Below, piece after piece: positions 28,680 to 42,022 of a stretch of 64,000 nt of DNA (the first letter of the stretch is position 1; every line of letters starts with the position of its first letter). This DNA is from Octopus sinensis (lineage: Eukaryota). The stretch spans positions 104,036,001-104,100,000 of the forward strand of contig NC_042997.1 of assembly GCF_006345805.1 (NCBI RefSeq), written 5' to 3'. The notes under the pieces were generated by a model. It did no database searches. It was not told the DNA's origin and saw nothing but the letters and a program-made list of their open reading frames with translations. The position numbers and the translations under genes are program-made.

Positions 28680-28680
<1 letters not shown>
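28200..28680 (-). mobile_element. R4/Dong LINE fragment (zinc knuckle plus restriction-like endonuclease)
   Basis: Minus strand: PKCRCCNDRIETVEHLISGC...EYKSRHDRV...IRPDIV...ELGKYKDLLIEMEKMW..TIPVIVVALG; abuts (TAT)n at 28681-28910. Confidence 0.85.
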
Positions 28681-28748
<68 letters not shown>

Positions 28749-28842
28749 CATTATTATTATTATTATTATTGAGTGAGAGAGCAGTGCATGCCATTTATTA
28801 TCACTCATATAAGGTAGCGATGATCAGGTTGCGCATTATTAC

Positions 28843-28909
<67 letters not shown>

Positions 28910-29219
28910 GAGTACTTTTAATATCTGCAGGAAGTGTATATATGGCGGCAACTGTGATCTACATTAACGTAACTGTTTGTTTCCGTCAAGTTTTGAAACA
29001 TGGAATATAGACCACTCATCCAAGATTATTGCGAATTTCTATGTTGAGTCTATGACGAGCACAAATCTCATCCAGCATCCCTTTGGCGAAATGGAATACT
29101 TTTATTAAGGTATGCGTTTCACAACATTCATGGCTGAGATATTGCAAAATGAAATAATTTGATTCTCTTACCGAATACATCTTACGATTGACTGGTGTTC
29201 TGAGCAGGGAATAAATCTA

Positions 29220-29560
29220 TGCTTGCTCGTTCATTCGAGTCTGTTCGGTCCGCCATTGCACGTAGAAGGTCTTCTCGGGTGCACTTGGAGTCCTCCTTTA
29301 TGTAAGTTCGATGTGGTCGACCAGCATTTGCATATCCAAAAAAAGTGTCGCTGATGATCGCTTCCTTTTGTTCTTCAACCATCTGCAGTCAATCTTATTC
29401 TTCTTTCTCTAATGACCTGTGATATTGGTGGTAAATTACCATAGGGAAGTTCTTTCGTAGGTTGTCCAGAGCATCTCAAAGCATTCTTATATAAGTTTCG
29501 TCACTTACTTATCAAAACGTTTCGTTAGAGTCCATATTGTACATCCATATTAGAACACTA
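29220..29560 (-). mobile_element. RTE-clade LINE 3' fragment
   Basis: Minus strand: YGC.IWTLTK...RML..AL...YGNLPPISQVIRERRIRL...GRPHRTYI...DLLRAMADR. Confidence 0.75.
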
Positions 29561-30123
29561 ACCGCACAACCGCCTGAAAGAAATTACTTTTCAAATTTAA
29601 TGGAGGCTTAGATTTCCAGACTGTTAATAATTTATTTAATGCTTCTCAGGATTTGCCGATTCGGACATGAACATCACTCGGATAAGTCGTCGTTTGCGGT
29701 TTTGCTTCTGAGCTATGTGATTTGTCGACATTTTTCAACCATATTTAACTTCACAGAATTATTAACCTATAATAGCTTGCCGCTTGAGCCATTTTGGTGA
29801 CTCTCAACAAAAAGCATATACTGAATTAGTAACAAAATAAAAAAAGATACAAAAACACTGCAGAAAAACAGAAACTTGTTTTGTAGAAGCACTGTTGACC
29901 CTTTTTGTCATCTTTACCCCACTTATAAGATCTTATGTAATCCACTGATGCAAAAACAAAAGAAATTAAAAGAAAGAAAACATGTATATATATATAGGCA
30001 AGTACATTAATATATATAGATATGCATGTGTATATTTTCTACATATATACATGCATATGTACAAATATATACACACATACGTATATTAGTACATTCATAT
30101 CTTTGTGTGAATGTGTATGTCTG

Positions 30124-30160
<37 letters not shown>

Positions 30161-30657
30161 ATGTGTGTGTGTTTGTGTGTTTGCGTATACACATATATTA
30201 CTAAACTAAATAAGCTTATGTTTACAGTATGAAGGAAAAGGGCGCTAAAGTGTTTTTTTTTCTCCAGTAACTGATTTATCATGTTGCAAATAGTAAACTG
30301 TGATTTTTTTTTAAAGTAATGAACAAAAACGAATTATAAATTTCCTCTTTTTCTCGTTTTTTACAGTCATGCCTTGTTGTCCTAATTATAAATAAATATT
30401 TTGGTTATATTGTTTAATGGTATTGAATGTTAAATAAATATAGTTTTAGAATGTTTTATTAAATAGAAACTGAGCTTTTAGATTGGATTCCGGACTGGAA
30501 AAAATTTGAACTTTTAATGTATTATTTCACATTCAGCACTTATTATGAGAATTAATAAAAACAAAGGATATGTTGTGATGGCGTTATTCTTTGTCTGTCA
30601 CGGCATAGATTTTTCTTAACTCAACCTCATGTAAGTACATATATATATATATACATA

Positions 30658-31028
30658 CGAGCAAAAGGCCCCCCCACCGTCCAATGGACGGTGCTGAATT
30701 GTCAAACATTTAAACCAAATTTTCTCAAAACAACTTGTCCGACCGTCCCACAGGCCTCCCCTTTGAGAAACACTGATTTAACCTAAATTTGAGATACCAG
30801 CAAAAGAACAAATAAAGATAGACTTTTTTATATTCCAAAGAAAAACGATTTTATTCACTTTATCGATCGCAGTCTCACCTGGAATCGATTTTTGTAATTT
30901 TTTGAAGACTTATACACGCCCTGATACCGTCGGTATCTACAAATCAAATTTGAGCGCAATCGGATGGAGGATGCCCGAGATCCTGGAAGACACACACACA
31001 GACAGACAGAACGATTTTATATAATAGA
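30658..31028 (-). mobile_element. Helitron-like family H2 copy B (cargo-free, 371 bp)
   Basis: Same 5' end, core, perfect hairpin ACCGTCCATTGGACGGT and CTCG|T end as copies A and C, but nothing in slot 1 and only TAAAAAAGTCTA in slot 2. Confidence 0.8.
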
Positions 31029-31089
31029 TATATTTACATATATAATACATATACGTGTGTTTATGCTCTATGTTAGGTTTGCGAAGGAG

Positions 31090-31540
31090 AAAATGAGTAC
31101 TCAATCTTCAATGTGTTCAGGCTAAACTTGATAGTTTGCACAAAAGCACCCCACACATAATAACCCATGGAATTACAATCGGAGCAATTAAGAGGCCAGA
31201 AATTGGGGCTGTTGAAGTCGTAGAAATTCGCCAACAACCACTAGGAAATCATACCGGCGGTATGATAAGGAAACGAATCCTGCTGCTACACATGGTTTGC
31301 CAGCATTAACACGCTTCTGTAAGGGATTGACAACAGTCTCCTGTACCTACACATATCTGTTTGAATTGAGACTAAAGCCCTGTTCAAAGATGTAGGGATC
31401 CGTTCCGGCGTACTAACTGCGTCAGAAAGCCTGTTGTGCTCTTTCTTGCTGCTGTCTCTTCGTATTCTCCGTCGCAGCTACCCCTGACACATCTTAGATC
31501 CTTTAGAGTGTTCAGAGAGCTACTGAGCAGGAGTTAGGAT
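31090..31540 (-). mobile_element. maT (DD37D) transposon relic with an internal deletion
   Basis: Minus strand: N-terminal DGEYEETAARKEH..SD..TPE joined directly to PYIFEQG...QQDSFPYHTA...WL..NFYDF..P.FWPLNCSDCNSMGYYVWG; 37 residues separate the second D from the third catalytic position. Confidence 0.75.
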
Positions 31541-31544
31541 GTCG

Positions 31545-32727
31545 ACGTTTTGATTCTCGGCTCGAATCATCATGATACAGGTAACTCTTTTCCAATATTC
31601 AGATGGCTTACAATTCTCCATGTCAGGGGAATAGATGATAATCGGATGGTGCAATTCTCACGCACAGTAGCCACTGAAACCAAGGACTTGTGTGCTGGAG
31701 TATTTCATGATGAAGCGATCATTTTCGCCAGTTTTCCCGGGAGTTTGGCCTTGAGAGTCTTTTGGAACTACCTCATCAATTTGGCATTGTACTGTTTATT
31801 GATGGTGTGGATCTTTTGTTGATAGTCAATAAACCCAATGCTTTTTGGATCCCGAAAAACTGAAACTATCCCTTCCCCTGCAGATTAAATGAATTTGGCC
31901 TTGTTTGGAAGAAATGAAGAGAAGTGTTTCCACTGCATAGATTGTCTTTGTCTCTGGCTCAAAGCGATGAGCCTAACATTCATCATGGGTTAGAAAATGT
32001 TCAAGGAAACTAGTTGGGTCTGCTTCAAAGAATGTCAGATTTTATCGTGATGTGATGACCGTGGTGAGCTCTTGATCATGTATCAGAAGAAGTGGCACCC
32101 ACCGAGCAGATACCTTTGACATACTAAGCTCATTGTGTACAATATTCTCATTTCTCTCATGGGATATGCCAATAACATCAGTTATTTGATTTATTTCCTC
32201 CATCACCATGTTGTGAACGTGACCAATGTTTTACTCTGTAGTGGCAGCTTCAGGACCTTCAGACCTTGGATCAACTGCACGAGTTTCCCTTTCCCTCCAA
32301 AATTCAGCTGCTCGCTTTTGCTATCTTGACTATCTGGAGCATCATCCCCTATGGTAGCAACCATGTCAGTATCATTGTCGTAGGGGTCTAAGCCCTTTTT
32401 CTGCTGGTTCTTGATAAAAGCACGATGGAAACTTTTCTCCATTTTCAAGAAAATTCGATACTTAGTTACATTGGAAGTGTCCTTTGGACAGTCAGATATC
32501 AGCTTAACCGGAAAGAAAAAAATTCAGTTACTAACAAGAAGAGTTGAAATTAAGGTATATGAGATTTCACAGAGCTAACTCTACTCTTTCATAGTCAACC
32601 TAAGAACTATTCAAACCATCCTCTTACAACGTTATACTTCAAGCTCTAACGCTTGTGATTAATACATCAAGATGTTCCTGAAAGGGGCAACATCAAAAAT
32701 AGCCAAATTTATCCCGAACAACCTATA
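31545..32727 (-). mobile_element. Mariner (irritans-like) transposase pseudogene with 5' TIR
   Basis: MEKSFHRAFIK...KGL...GDDAP...ELSMSKVSARWVP...FL.HFLTHDE...FEPETK. Heavily frameshifted; TIR-like end near 32727. Confidence 0.8.
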
Positions 32728-32800
32728 TATGTACAGACACACACACACAGACACGCACACACATATGTATATATAAAGGTATCTATCTATCTATCTCTCT

Positions 32801-33217
32801 TATTTCTTTATTGCCCACAAGGGGCTAAACATAGAGGGGACAAACAAGGACAGACAAAGGTATTAAGTCGATTACGTCGACCCCAGTGCGTAACTGGTAT
32901 TTAATTTATCGAGCCCGAAAGAATGAAAGGCAAAGTCGACCACGGCGAAATTTGAACACAGAACGTAGCGACAGACGAAATACCTGTTTCTTTACTACCC
33001 ACAAGGGGCTAAGCACAGAGGGGACAAACGAGGACAGACAAACGGATTAAGTCGATTACGTCCACCCCAGTGCGTAACAGCTACTTAATTTATCGACCCC
33101 AAAAGGATGAAAGGCAAAGTCAACCTCGGCTGAATTTGAACTCAGGACTTAACAGCAGACGAAATACCGCTTAGCATTTTGCCCGGCGTGCTAACGTTTC
33201 TGCCAGCTCACCGCCTT
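32801..33217 (-). mobile_element. SINE family S2 dimer (184-bp period)
   Basis: tRNA-like head (AAGGCGGTGAGCTGGCAGAA...GTTCAAATT) at 33217; units start at 32801 and 32985. Confidence 0.85.
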
Positions 33218-33228
33218 CTGTCTATCTA

Positions 33229-33305
<77 letters not shown>

Positions 33306-33559
33306 ACGAATAGCAACCAAATGTTTATACTCTGTTAATTGTTTTCTATTTCACTTTATCAAGACAGCCAGTTCTGTACTTATCTGTGTTTCTTGCTCCT
33401 CTCGGTTCCTATCTACCTGTCTATCACCCTCTATCTTCACATAATCTAGTCTTCTCTGTTTCCACGTTCTCCATGCTGAGTTTATTTATACATTATGTAT
33501 CCCTACTAAAAGACTTAATTATGTTTTGCTACAAGTGCCTCTAACTCTATCATTCTTGT

Positions 33560-34120
<561 letters not shown>

Positions 34121-34134
34121 GTTTGCATATATTT

Positions 34135-34900
34135 ATATGGTATTCCGCAAAGAAATTTGCCCAGATTCAGTTTAAAGTTCGTGGGATCCTTTCCCTCTTC
34201 GATCTGTTTCAGACAATAGTGTATATATGTGCTGTGATCCTGAATAGGATAGGGGACGTATGGCCCGTGGTCCTCGCCTTGGAGGTCGTTTGGGCAATGC
34301 TGGTGGTATATTGTCCACATCGTGCAAATGATGTATCGCTCACGGCTGCGTTGGGGAGAATAGAGTTTCAATACTTTAAGGCGGTCCCTACAATCGAGAT
34401 CAATCATGCCTTTAATTCTTTTAGTGAATAACCACTAGGGTAAGTCAATTTTCGAAATGTTTTGTTTTTATGTGGAGACGATAGAGGGCAGCAGTATTCG
34501 AAATGTGGATGTACAAAGGAGGCGAAGAGAGGAATGAGGACACCGTGTTCTTTGGACCGGAAGGTTCTTGGAATCCTGGAGCACATCCTACGAGCTATAT
34601 CAACCTTATTGTTTATGTGGGCACTCCAGCTGAGATTGGTGACAACAATTACTCTTTGGTCTCTGATATTATTAGATGTTATTAGTGATTCCCCTGAAGG
34701 AAGAGAGGATGGCTGTTTTAGCATAGCCTTTCTTCCAAAATGCATCAGCTCAAATTTTCCTTCCTTTAGTTGCATTTTGTTTTTGTCTGCCCATTGACTC
34801 ACAGCATGTAGATCAGAGTGGAGTTCAGATCGGTTTTCTTCATTGATAATTTTCTGCGTGGAGTTCCCTTTTGGAGTATGGTTGGACTTTTCCCCTGTCA
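34135..34900 (-). mobile_element. CR1-like LINE 3' fragment
   Basis: LHSDLHAVSQWADKNKMQLKEGKFELMHFG...LSWSAHIN...RTFRSKE...FEYCCPL...RLKVLKLYSPQRSRERY. Confidence 0.85.
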
Positions 34901-35029
34901 CTAAGCCAATGTCTACGACACTTAACATTTTGATAACAGACCCTTTCTTCATCAACGGTCACCTGTCTGACCAAAAAGGGCAAGAGAAGTTCACTAGAAC
35001 GAAGAGAAGAGCAGATGCCCACCCGGGGT

Positions 35030-35582
35030 TTGCATTTGGCTTGAAAAAAATCATGAGGCACCTACTTTACGAGTTTGGGGACCTTTCCAAGCTGTTGAAG
35101 ATTGCGGTGAACACTTGTATTGCTTGAATGAAACTTGCTTGCCATTTTTCAACTGACACTGCATGATCCTTTTTATGTTCTGCCAAAAGGAGCTTGTCAT
35201 CAAACTCAATCGGACGACCTGTTCGGGCTTCATCTTCTAGGCAGAAATTTCCATTTCTGAATTTTACAAACCATTTTCTGCAAGCTCTTTCATTCAGGCA
35301 GTATTCTCCATAAGCTGAGTGAGTATTTCGAATAATTTTACTTGCAGAGTTGCCTTTTTTAAATTCATAAAGCATGATGTGCATCAAATGCTCCTTAACA
35401 CTTCCATGTTTGAAGAACTATAATTAGCGAAATTTTAATTAGCTTATCCTGCAAAATGAAATTTAATTAGTTTAAATATGTCCAAATGCATGTAAATATT
35501 ACTTAATACCATTAGACGTTCTAAAAGCGTTTACAAATTGAAAATATGAAAGTCCGAATATTACTTAGGGGATGACCTGATA
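35030..35582 (-). mobile_element. Mariner 5' fragment
   Basis: HIMLYEFKKGNSASKIIRN...ERACRKWFVKFRNGNFCLEDEARTGRP; TIR-like TATCAGGTCATCCCCTAAG at the 35582 end. Confidence 0.85.
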
Positions 35583-35756
35583 CCATACAAAGTTTCATAT
35601 AACATACAACTGTATTTGTCTATCTTGTTCATATACACGTCACTGTCCACATTGAGTTATTTCATTTAGCAAATTTTTGCGTAAATGATATGTGAGTGAC
35701 TCTGTGTGTGCGTATACAGGCAACACTGTCAAGATACACACACACACACACAGACA

Positions 35757-35788
<32 letters not shown>

Positions 35789-36094
35789 GCTGTTGTTGTT
35801 TGTTCTTCTCGAGCCACGCCTGGCTCAGAGGGCTGGTTTCTCGGTTTCCTTGGCGTATAGGTTCCCCCACCTGGACGGGACGCCGGTCCGTCGCAGGTGA
35901 GATGCAAGATGCAAGAGGAAAGAGTGAGAGAAAGTTGTGGCGAAAGAGTCAGCAGAAGATCGCCATTACCTTCTGCCGGAGCCGCGTAGAGCTGAGGTGT
36001 TTCGCTCATAAACATACACATCGCTCGGTCTGAGATTCGAACCCGCGATACCTCGACTGCGTGTCCGCTGCTCTAACCACTAGGCCATATGCCT

Positions 36095-36098
<4 letters not shown>
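35789..36098 (-). mobile_element. tRNA-derived SINE family S3
   Basis: Minus-strand head GTGGAGGCATATGGCCTAGTGGTTAGAGC...GGGTTCGAATC (A and B boxes); tail ends in (AAC)n. Confidence 0.85.
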
Positions 36099-36133
<35 letters not shown>

Positions 36134-36219
36134 CACACACGCACGCACACACACACACACATACACACACATATACACACATTAACATGCACCTTTCCTC
36201 ACGTTTATGTATGCATATA

Positions 36220-36254
<35 letters not shown>

Positions 36255-37680
36255 AATATATGTGTGATATATTTTATTGTAATCCTCATGCTCCTCTAAT
36301 TCATTGTCTTTATTACTCACGCTAACTTCCTTGTAACCAAGTCTTTCCTTTTCTGGTGTCGGTCAACTTATTCTATACTGTAGGTCTGCCAGAATCGCTG
36401 ACAAGAAATATCCCAGATAAGATAAAATGTACAACAACGGAAGCCACAAAATCAACATAGGCGAGTAATGATAACGCAAAAAAACTGTTAAGTGAAATAG
36501 AAGCTGCTAAAAGCTTTTATCTGAGAAGAGTAGAACCATTAGAGAGCACCAATTACCATAGAAAAGGAGGAAGAGAAGAAAAAATGGAAAAATAGAAGAC
36601 TCCAAGTAATAACGCAAGAAACCTGTTTACTTTCGCTCGACCCTATATCCGCCAAATGAAATCAGCCTATATCTTATGTGAAAAGAAGAAGGCACATGTG
36701 ACGCTGTTGTCATACAGATTCTTAAATAGGCGGCACAATCACGGCTGGAATACCATTGATCAATAAGAATATTGAATCAGAGCTGATATTGGGCTAAACA
36801 ACAACAGCAACAACAACATACTTTTATTTATTATCAAGGAAATCAACATTCTAGCATAGTCACAAAGCCAGAAATGCGTGAGAAGGTTTAGTCGATAAAA
36901 TTCCATTACTTGACTTGTATAGTACTCCATATACATAGAACGAATGTGAAATATATCTTGGTGGAATTTAAACTCATAACTGAGATAAATATTTCAATAC
37001 AGTTTGTACACTGCTGTAACAATACTCTTTAATTCATTGCTTTCACCGCATGAATGATTTCTAACATGGCCATAAGGTCAAGAATTTCGATGGGATGGAA
37101 CGGTTGATCATTTGAATTACAGTTATTGACTGATACTTTATTGTATCGAATTTTAAAGAAAATCATCAGCATTATTTAAGAGTTTTATGGCTGTGCTACT
37201 TGGGACAAAATCAGTACCCTAGCCTTGACAAGGCATTGGCTGCAATAGCTGAGGATTAAGAAAAAGTTGTCATTACTCAAAGTGGTTGTAGAATTATATG
37301 TAGCTTCTCCTTCTGTCCCAAATCTCTCCTCAATAGCTCTAAACTTCTTTCCTTGGGTGATGTGGGTCTTTTCTTCCCTTACGCATCCAAGGCATTTTCG
37401 TACTTCGCTCTCAGGAGCATTTTCGCCCGCCTATACTTGACTCCGATGCAACGGTATCTTAGCGTGCATCTTGCAATATTTTCTATCACGTCGGATGGAG
37501 GATTTAGAGCTACCCTTCTCCCATCTATTTTTACAATTTTTCTTGCTAATTTTAATTCTTCACCATTCATGTGGAAACTTTCCATATTTCAAAGAGGTGT
37601 TACCTTAATTCACTGGTAGTGAACAGCTGACACCGTAGTACATCTCCAGCGTTAGAAGCTGTGCAAAGGCAATAATAATA

Positions 37681-37876
37681 ATGATCCTCTCTACTATAAG
37701 GAGGGATCTAATCGAATACATCGACCTCAGTGTATAGCTGGTACTTATTTTATCGACCCCGAATGGATGAAAGGCATAGATGACCTCGGCGGAATTTGAA
37801 CTCAGAACGTAACGCAGACGAAATACCGCTAAGCATTTCGCCCGGCGTGCTAATGTTTCTGCCAGCTCGCCGCCTT
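37681..37876 (-). mobile_element. SINE family S2 monomer
   Basis: Well-preserved head and central CTTTCATCC.TTCGGGGTCGATAAAATAAGTACCAG motif; flanked by (AAT)n. Confidence 0.85.
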
Positions 37877-37889
37877 GATAATAATAATA

Positions 37890-38411
37890 ATGGCTTCTGA
37901 TCTTAACTGATTGGAAGTGTTATCATGTACATTGTTTTGTCTTGGTATAAAAGATGGGCTACAGCAAATATTCTGCTCAATACCACAGATTTGCTTGTCA
38001 GTTGTTTGACCTTAACCAGTTGAGCATGTCCCTTAGTGGCTGACGATATGTGCATCTCTGATCACGAGCAGAAGTAGTGGGGGAGCATCATAGCCGTGTG
38101 TTGAGAGGGATTCTTTGGGGTTTGAATAATTCACCTCTGGAAACATTGGTGTTTCGTTCAACATCCTTAAACAACCCTTATTCAGGGACCTTCCGAGTGG
38201 GATGGGTTACTCGACCAGAAGAAAATTCTAACTGGGCCCCACCTGCAAGGTCATGTTCTGTTTATCTTGATATGAGATTACCATGTCGCACACATGGTTG
38301 TGATGCATGTGCCTAGTGTACCCTTATCAGACGGGTAGTCATGATGGGTATACTGGGCTTCGTATATTTTACTCCAGTGTCACTTTGATGGCATGCACTG
38401 CTCTCTCACTC

Positions 38412-38454
<43 letters not shown>

Positions 38455-38480
38455 TAATAATAATAATAATAATAATAACA
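37890..38480 (+). mobile_element. Non-coding retroposon 3' region ending in (AAT)n (LINE 3' UTR or SINE; family unassigned)
   Basis: Ends ...GGCATGCACTGCTCTCTCACTC(AAT)n; the identical 25-bp tip recurs at 28770-28794 on the minus strand inside (ATT)n. Confidence 0.6.
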
Positions 38481-38539
38481 CGAAAAAAACAAGGGTTAAA
38501 CAAAAAGAAAAAGAAAAAGCATGGAAGGAAAAGAAAATG

Positions 38540-38835
38540 TACGGTCAGTTTGCGAGAGATGTGAACGCCAAGACAGATACAGAGGACCAGTGAATGTGGA
38601 TTAAAGGGAACGACCTAAAGATAGATACAAAAGCTTATATATACGCAGCTTAGGAACAAGCGTTAAGGACCAACTATATGAGGTGAAGAATAGACAACAC
38701 TACCGATAGCGACTAATGCAGAATGTGTGGTGAGAAGGGTGAAACGGTATGCACATCATTAGTGAATGACCAAAATTGGCACAACGCGAATGCAGAAGAC
38801 TCCATGGCAATGTAACAAGAATGATTCATTTGCCA
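38540..38835 (+). mobile_element. R4/Dong LINE fragment (zinc-knuckle region)
   Basis: EQALRTNYM..RID...CRMCGEKGETV...LAQRECRRLHGNV. Confidence 0.8.
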
Positions 38836-38849
38836 GAGATGATTTTCAA

Positions 38850-39140
38850 AATGAGAATATCTGAAATAAACTTGACTGCTCTCACAAACAAGAATACTAA
38901 AAATGAACCCGACCGTTCTCAAAAATTAAGTAAAAAAAAAACAAAAAAAAAAGGAAAAATAATCCAGAATCATTGTCCGGTACCGGATCGATCCCAAAAT
39001 CTAATCAGTTCGTGCCAGTCACGAAGCCAAACATCCCTGAAAGTTTCCTCCGAATCCATCCTGCGGTTCTTGTAATATTTTGTCCTCGGTCAAAGGAACA
39101 AAGGAACAAACAAAAAACAAAAAAAAGAACAAAAAGTACT
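38850..39140 (+). mobile_element. Helentron/HINE (DINE-1-like) non-autonomous fragment
   Basis: CCAAAATCTAATCAGTTC...GAAAGTTTCCTCCGAATCCATC...ACAAAGGAACAAACAAA resembles the core of rolling-circle-derived interspersed elements; termini not resolved. Confidence 0.45.
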
Positions 39141-39176
39141 ACTGAAATAATGATAATAATAATAATAATAATAATA

Positions 39177-39214
<38 letters not shown>

Positions 39215-39217
<3 letters not shown>

Positions 39218-39390
39218 GTGCCACAGGGGTAACAATTCTGGGGGAGAGGATGAGTCGATCACATCGAGTCCAGTGGTTCACTGGTATTTAATCTATCGAC
39301 CCCGAAAGGAAGAAAGGCAAAGTTGGCCTCGGCGAAATTTGAAATCAGAAAATAGCGACAGGCGAAATTTCGAACGGTGCGTTAACGCTT
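39215..39390 (-). mobile_element. SINE family S2, degenerate
   Basis: TATCGACCCCGAAAGGAAGAAAGGCAAAG...AAATTTGAA motif. Confidence 0.75.
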
Positions 39391-39391
39391 T

Positions 39392-39392
39392 G

Positions 39393-39459
<67 letters not shown>

Positions 39460-39600
39460 TGATGATGATGATGATGATAATGATGATGATGAAGAAGAAG
39501 AAGAAGAAGAAGAAGAAGAAGAAGAAGAAGAAGAAGAAGAAGAAGAAGAAGAAGAAGAAGGAGAAGAAGAAGAAGAAGAAGACGAAGAAGAAGATAACAG
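39392..39600. repeat. Compound (AAT)n-(GAT)n-(GAA)n microsatellite
   Basis: Seen directly. Confidence 0.95.
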
Positions 39601-40467
39601 CAAAATCAACAACGTAACGCAAAAACAGGGAAAATGAAAGAGGTTGAAGAGGAGGAGAATGTGAAATGATGGGACGAGGAAGGATTATGTTTCCATTTTC
39701 TCTCTTGTAGCGAGCTCTTCTTGCTGTTATTGTCTCAACGACGTGTTATCGTTCTCCCTACCTACCGCACTCCACTGTTTTTAAAATGATTGTTATCACT
39801 CATCCTGAAGCGTGATTCGATCTGTCTCTGTCACTCTTTACAGGTGTATACTATCAAGCCGATGTCCATGTCAACAACATAGCTGAATATCTACACTTCC
39901 TTGTACAACTATATCCATTACTTTATATCTATACATTTATCTTTGAAAAAAACCATCTCGTTTCTCTCCTCACATAAATGCTTTTACTTTTTAAGCTAAC
40001 TCCTTTTTTTTTTTAAACTGTCTCCTCCCTCCACTCACTCTCTCTTTTCTTCTCTCTTGAATCCCCTTCTACACTTTAAGCATATGTATGGAGATATATG
40101 TTGCGCGTGCATATACAAATATACACACGTGTTTGTGCGTCTCTCACGATGCCTTCTGCCTCCCCATCTCTCGATATAGATATATGTGTATGTGTGTGTG
40201 TGTGTGTGTGGTGTGTGTGTGTGTATGTGTGTACCAGTGAGTGTGTGTGTGTGTGTTTGAGTGTGTCTGCGTGTGTATATGTGTGTGAATACATATATTG
40301 CATGCTTGTGTATGTGAGTGCTTATATATATATATGTATGTACATGCATACATACATATGTATACACACAGACACGCATATGAGTATGCATTCTGTATAT
40401 GTATATCTATTTTTTCCTCTATGTACGTGCGCGTGTGTGTATATATATATAAATGCATATATATGCG

Positions 40468-40514
40468 TATACATATGTACATACACATATATATATATAT
40501 GTATATATAAATGC

Positions 40515-40547
<33 letters not shown>

Positions 40548-40692
40548 TACATATGTATATATATATATATACACATATGTATATATATATATGTGCATAT
40601 GTATATATATGTATATGTATATATATACACACATTAATACATACATGCATATACATATGTACATACACATATATATATGTATATATAAATGC

Positions 40693-40740
<48 letters not shown>

Positions 40741-40840
40741 GTATATATATATATATATACACATATGTATATATATATATGTGCATATGTATATATATAT
40801 GTATATGTATATATATACACACATTAATACATACATGCAT
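40468..40840. repeat. Two-copy higher-order duplication (about 185 bp) inside a TA/CA microsatellite
   Basis: Block ATACATATGTACATACAC...TAAATGCAT...CACATTAATACATACATGCAT occurs at 40468-40650 and 40651-40840. Confidence 0.8.
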
Positions 40841-41399
40841 ATATGTGCGTGCGTATATATATATATATATACACACACATACACATTTAAGACGACAAGC
40901 CGCACACAGTCATATGAAGTTACACGTACACCCCTTCACTACTACCTTTCAACATTTCTTCCATTTTCACTGTTAAAAATTTTCTTTATTTTGAACTTAA
41001 TCATTCCTCTCACTCTCCATCATCATGTTCCCTCATCCTTTCTGCTATTATCTTCCTAACTAACTCTTCCCTATCTCGGATTCTGATGTAACAACGCTTG
41101 TCTCAGTAGAAATAACATAAACAACACCTATATTTAGGTAGACATATGCAATGTTTTAACGTTTGTGTGTATGTTATAGTGAATACTGCTGTTAATAGTG
41201 TTCTCTTTTTGGTACTCCCGTCTGACTATTTTTGAAGTGATAAAAAGAGAGCGATGAGTGATCGTATAGGGAAGAGGCTTATAAATGACTCGTAGTCACT
41301 TAACGAATATGGCCGATGCACTCCCTTTTTGTAGTTTCAAACCAGGGTTTCGCAACCGTTTTTTTTTTTATCTATGGATCCCTTTGATATTATTTTTTT

Positions 41400-41885
41400 T
41401 TTCTGACCTTGCCTTTCATCCTTTCGCTGTCGATTAAATAAGTACCAGTTACGCACTGGGTAGATATAATCGACTTAATCTGTTTGCCTGTCCTTGTTTG
41501 TCCTCTCTGTGTTTAACCCATTATGGATGGTAAAGAAATAGGTATTTCGTCTGCCGTTACGTTCTGAGTTTAAATTCCGCCCAGGTCGACTTTGCCTTTC
41601 ATCCTTTCGGGGTCGATTGAATAAGTACCACTTACGCACTGGGGTCGACATAATTGACTTAATCCGTTTGTCTGTCCTTATTTGTCCCCTCTGTATGTAG
41701 ACCCTTGTGGGTAGTAAAGAAATAGGTATTTCGTCTGCCGCTACGTTCTGAGTTCAAATTACGCTAAGGTCGACCTTGCATTTCATCCTTTCGGGGTCGA
41801 TTAGATAAGTACCAGTTGCGTACTGGGCTCGATCTTATAGACTGGCCCCTCCCCCAAATTTCGGGCATTGTGCCTACAGCAGACA
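41400..41885 (+). mobile_element. SINE family S2 tandem trimer (184-bp period)
   Basis: Junction TAAAGAAATA|GGTATTTCGT at 41541 and 41725. Confidence 0.85.
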
Positions 41886-42022
41886 ATTTATTAAGCAAAT
41901 TTAGAAGGGAAAGCTTTAAAGAATAAATTCTATTCTATCGTGTATGTTAGTTTTATTAAGGCATATTTTGAAGAATATGAATACTAAACTCGGGAAAATA
42001 ATAATTACAGTTTTAATATATA

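Noticed and set aside
37290-37620. Minus-strand ORF (KIDGRRVALNPPSDVIENIARC...) as LINE ORF1
   Set aside because: Resemblance is too weak, there is no complete zinc knuckle, and no linked ORF2.
41541-41724. Retrozyme (hammerhead-containing tandem repeat) explanation for the 184-bp unit
   Set aside because: No CUGANGA/GAAA core could be found on either strand of the unit.
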